Both the position numbers and the translations under genes were made by a program. The notes beneath the pieces are model-generated. The model was not told the origin of the DNA. It was given only the letters and a program-made list of their open reading frames with translations, and made no database searches. 57,420 nt of DNA from an uncultured virus (IMG/VR IMGVR_UViG_3300020048_000049) (lineage: Duplodnaviria > Heunggongvirae > Uroviricota > Caudoviricetes): IMG/VR virus record IMGVR_UViG_3300020048_000049. One strand, written 5' to 3'. Positions 57,287 through 57,420 of this stretch are shown here, piece after piece (the stretch's first letter is position 1; every line of letters starts with the position of its first letter).

Positions 57287-57420
57287 AGCCATTGTTTAAT
57301 TTTTATTAATTTCCCGCCTTCGGCTCCTGAGCCTTATATAGATTGTTATTATGAATAGAAGTATTGGTTAGACGGTTTTTGGGTTCTTTGCAGCCGCAGT
57401 TATGATAATAGCAGCAATGT

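Larger units (their letters stand above)
55771..57339. repeat. Three copies of CCCGCCTTCGGCTCCTGAGCCTTATA
   Basis: At about 55771, 57173 and 57313. Confidence 0.9.

Noticed and set aside
1..57420. Alternative genetic code
   Set aside because: Long genes read through intact under the standard code, and TAG ends genes at unit boundaries.

Overview
This is an AT-rich (roughly 30% GC by eye) segment of a large phage genome, standard genetic code. The host is probably a Bacteroidota: several TTTG-N19/20-TAnnTTTG promoters are present and genes lack Shine-Dalgarno sites. About 52 kb is an array of small, mostly unknown genes. Almost every unit is preceded by the same fixed-geometry element, TTCTTTTTTT-N10-GACCTATA-N5-AT(A/G); I count about 120 copies on + and 5 on -. 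It looks like a phage-specific promoter, often giving leaderless mRNAs, and may also mark cassette boundaries. The same element drives 12 dispersed copies of a ~65-95 nt non-coding unit with a covarying hairpin. The array encodes an ECF sigma factor, and a second promoter class (GAAAC-N16-CGTATAA) appears mostly downstream of it. A 281-bp integron-type cassette with an attC-like site splits a phage gene at 484-764. Also present: six tRNA genes, two putative homing endonucleases, DUF932, GP88-like, Lar-like, 3D-domain and SPFH proteins, a gp23-capsid-like fragment and a DnaA-box-like cluster. No integrase, polymerase or structural module lies in the window. All counts and family calls are by eye, without database searches.
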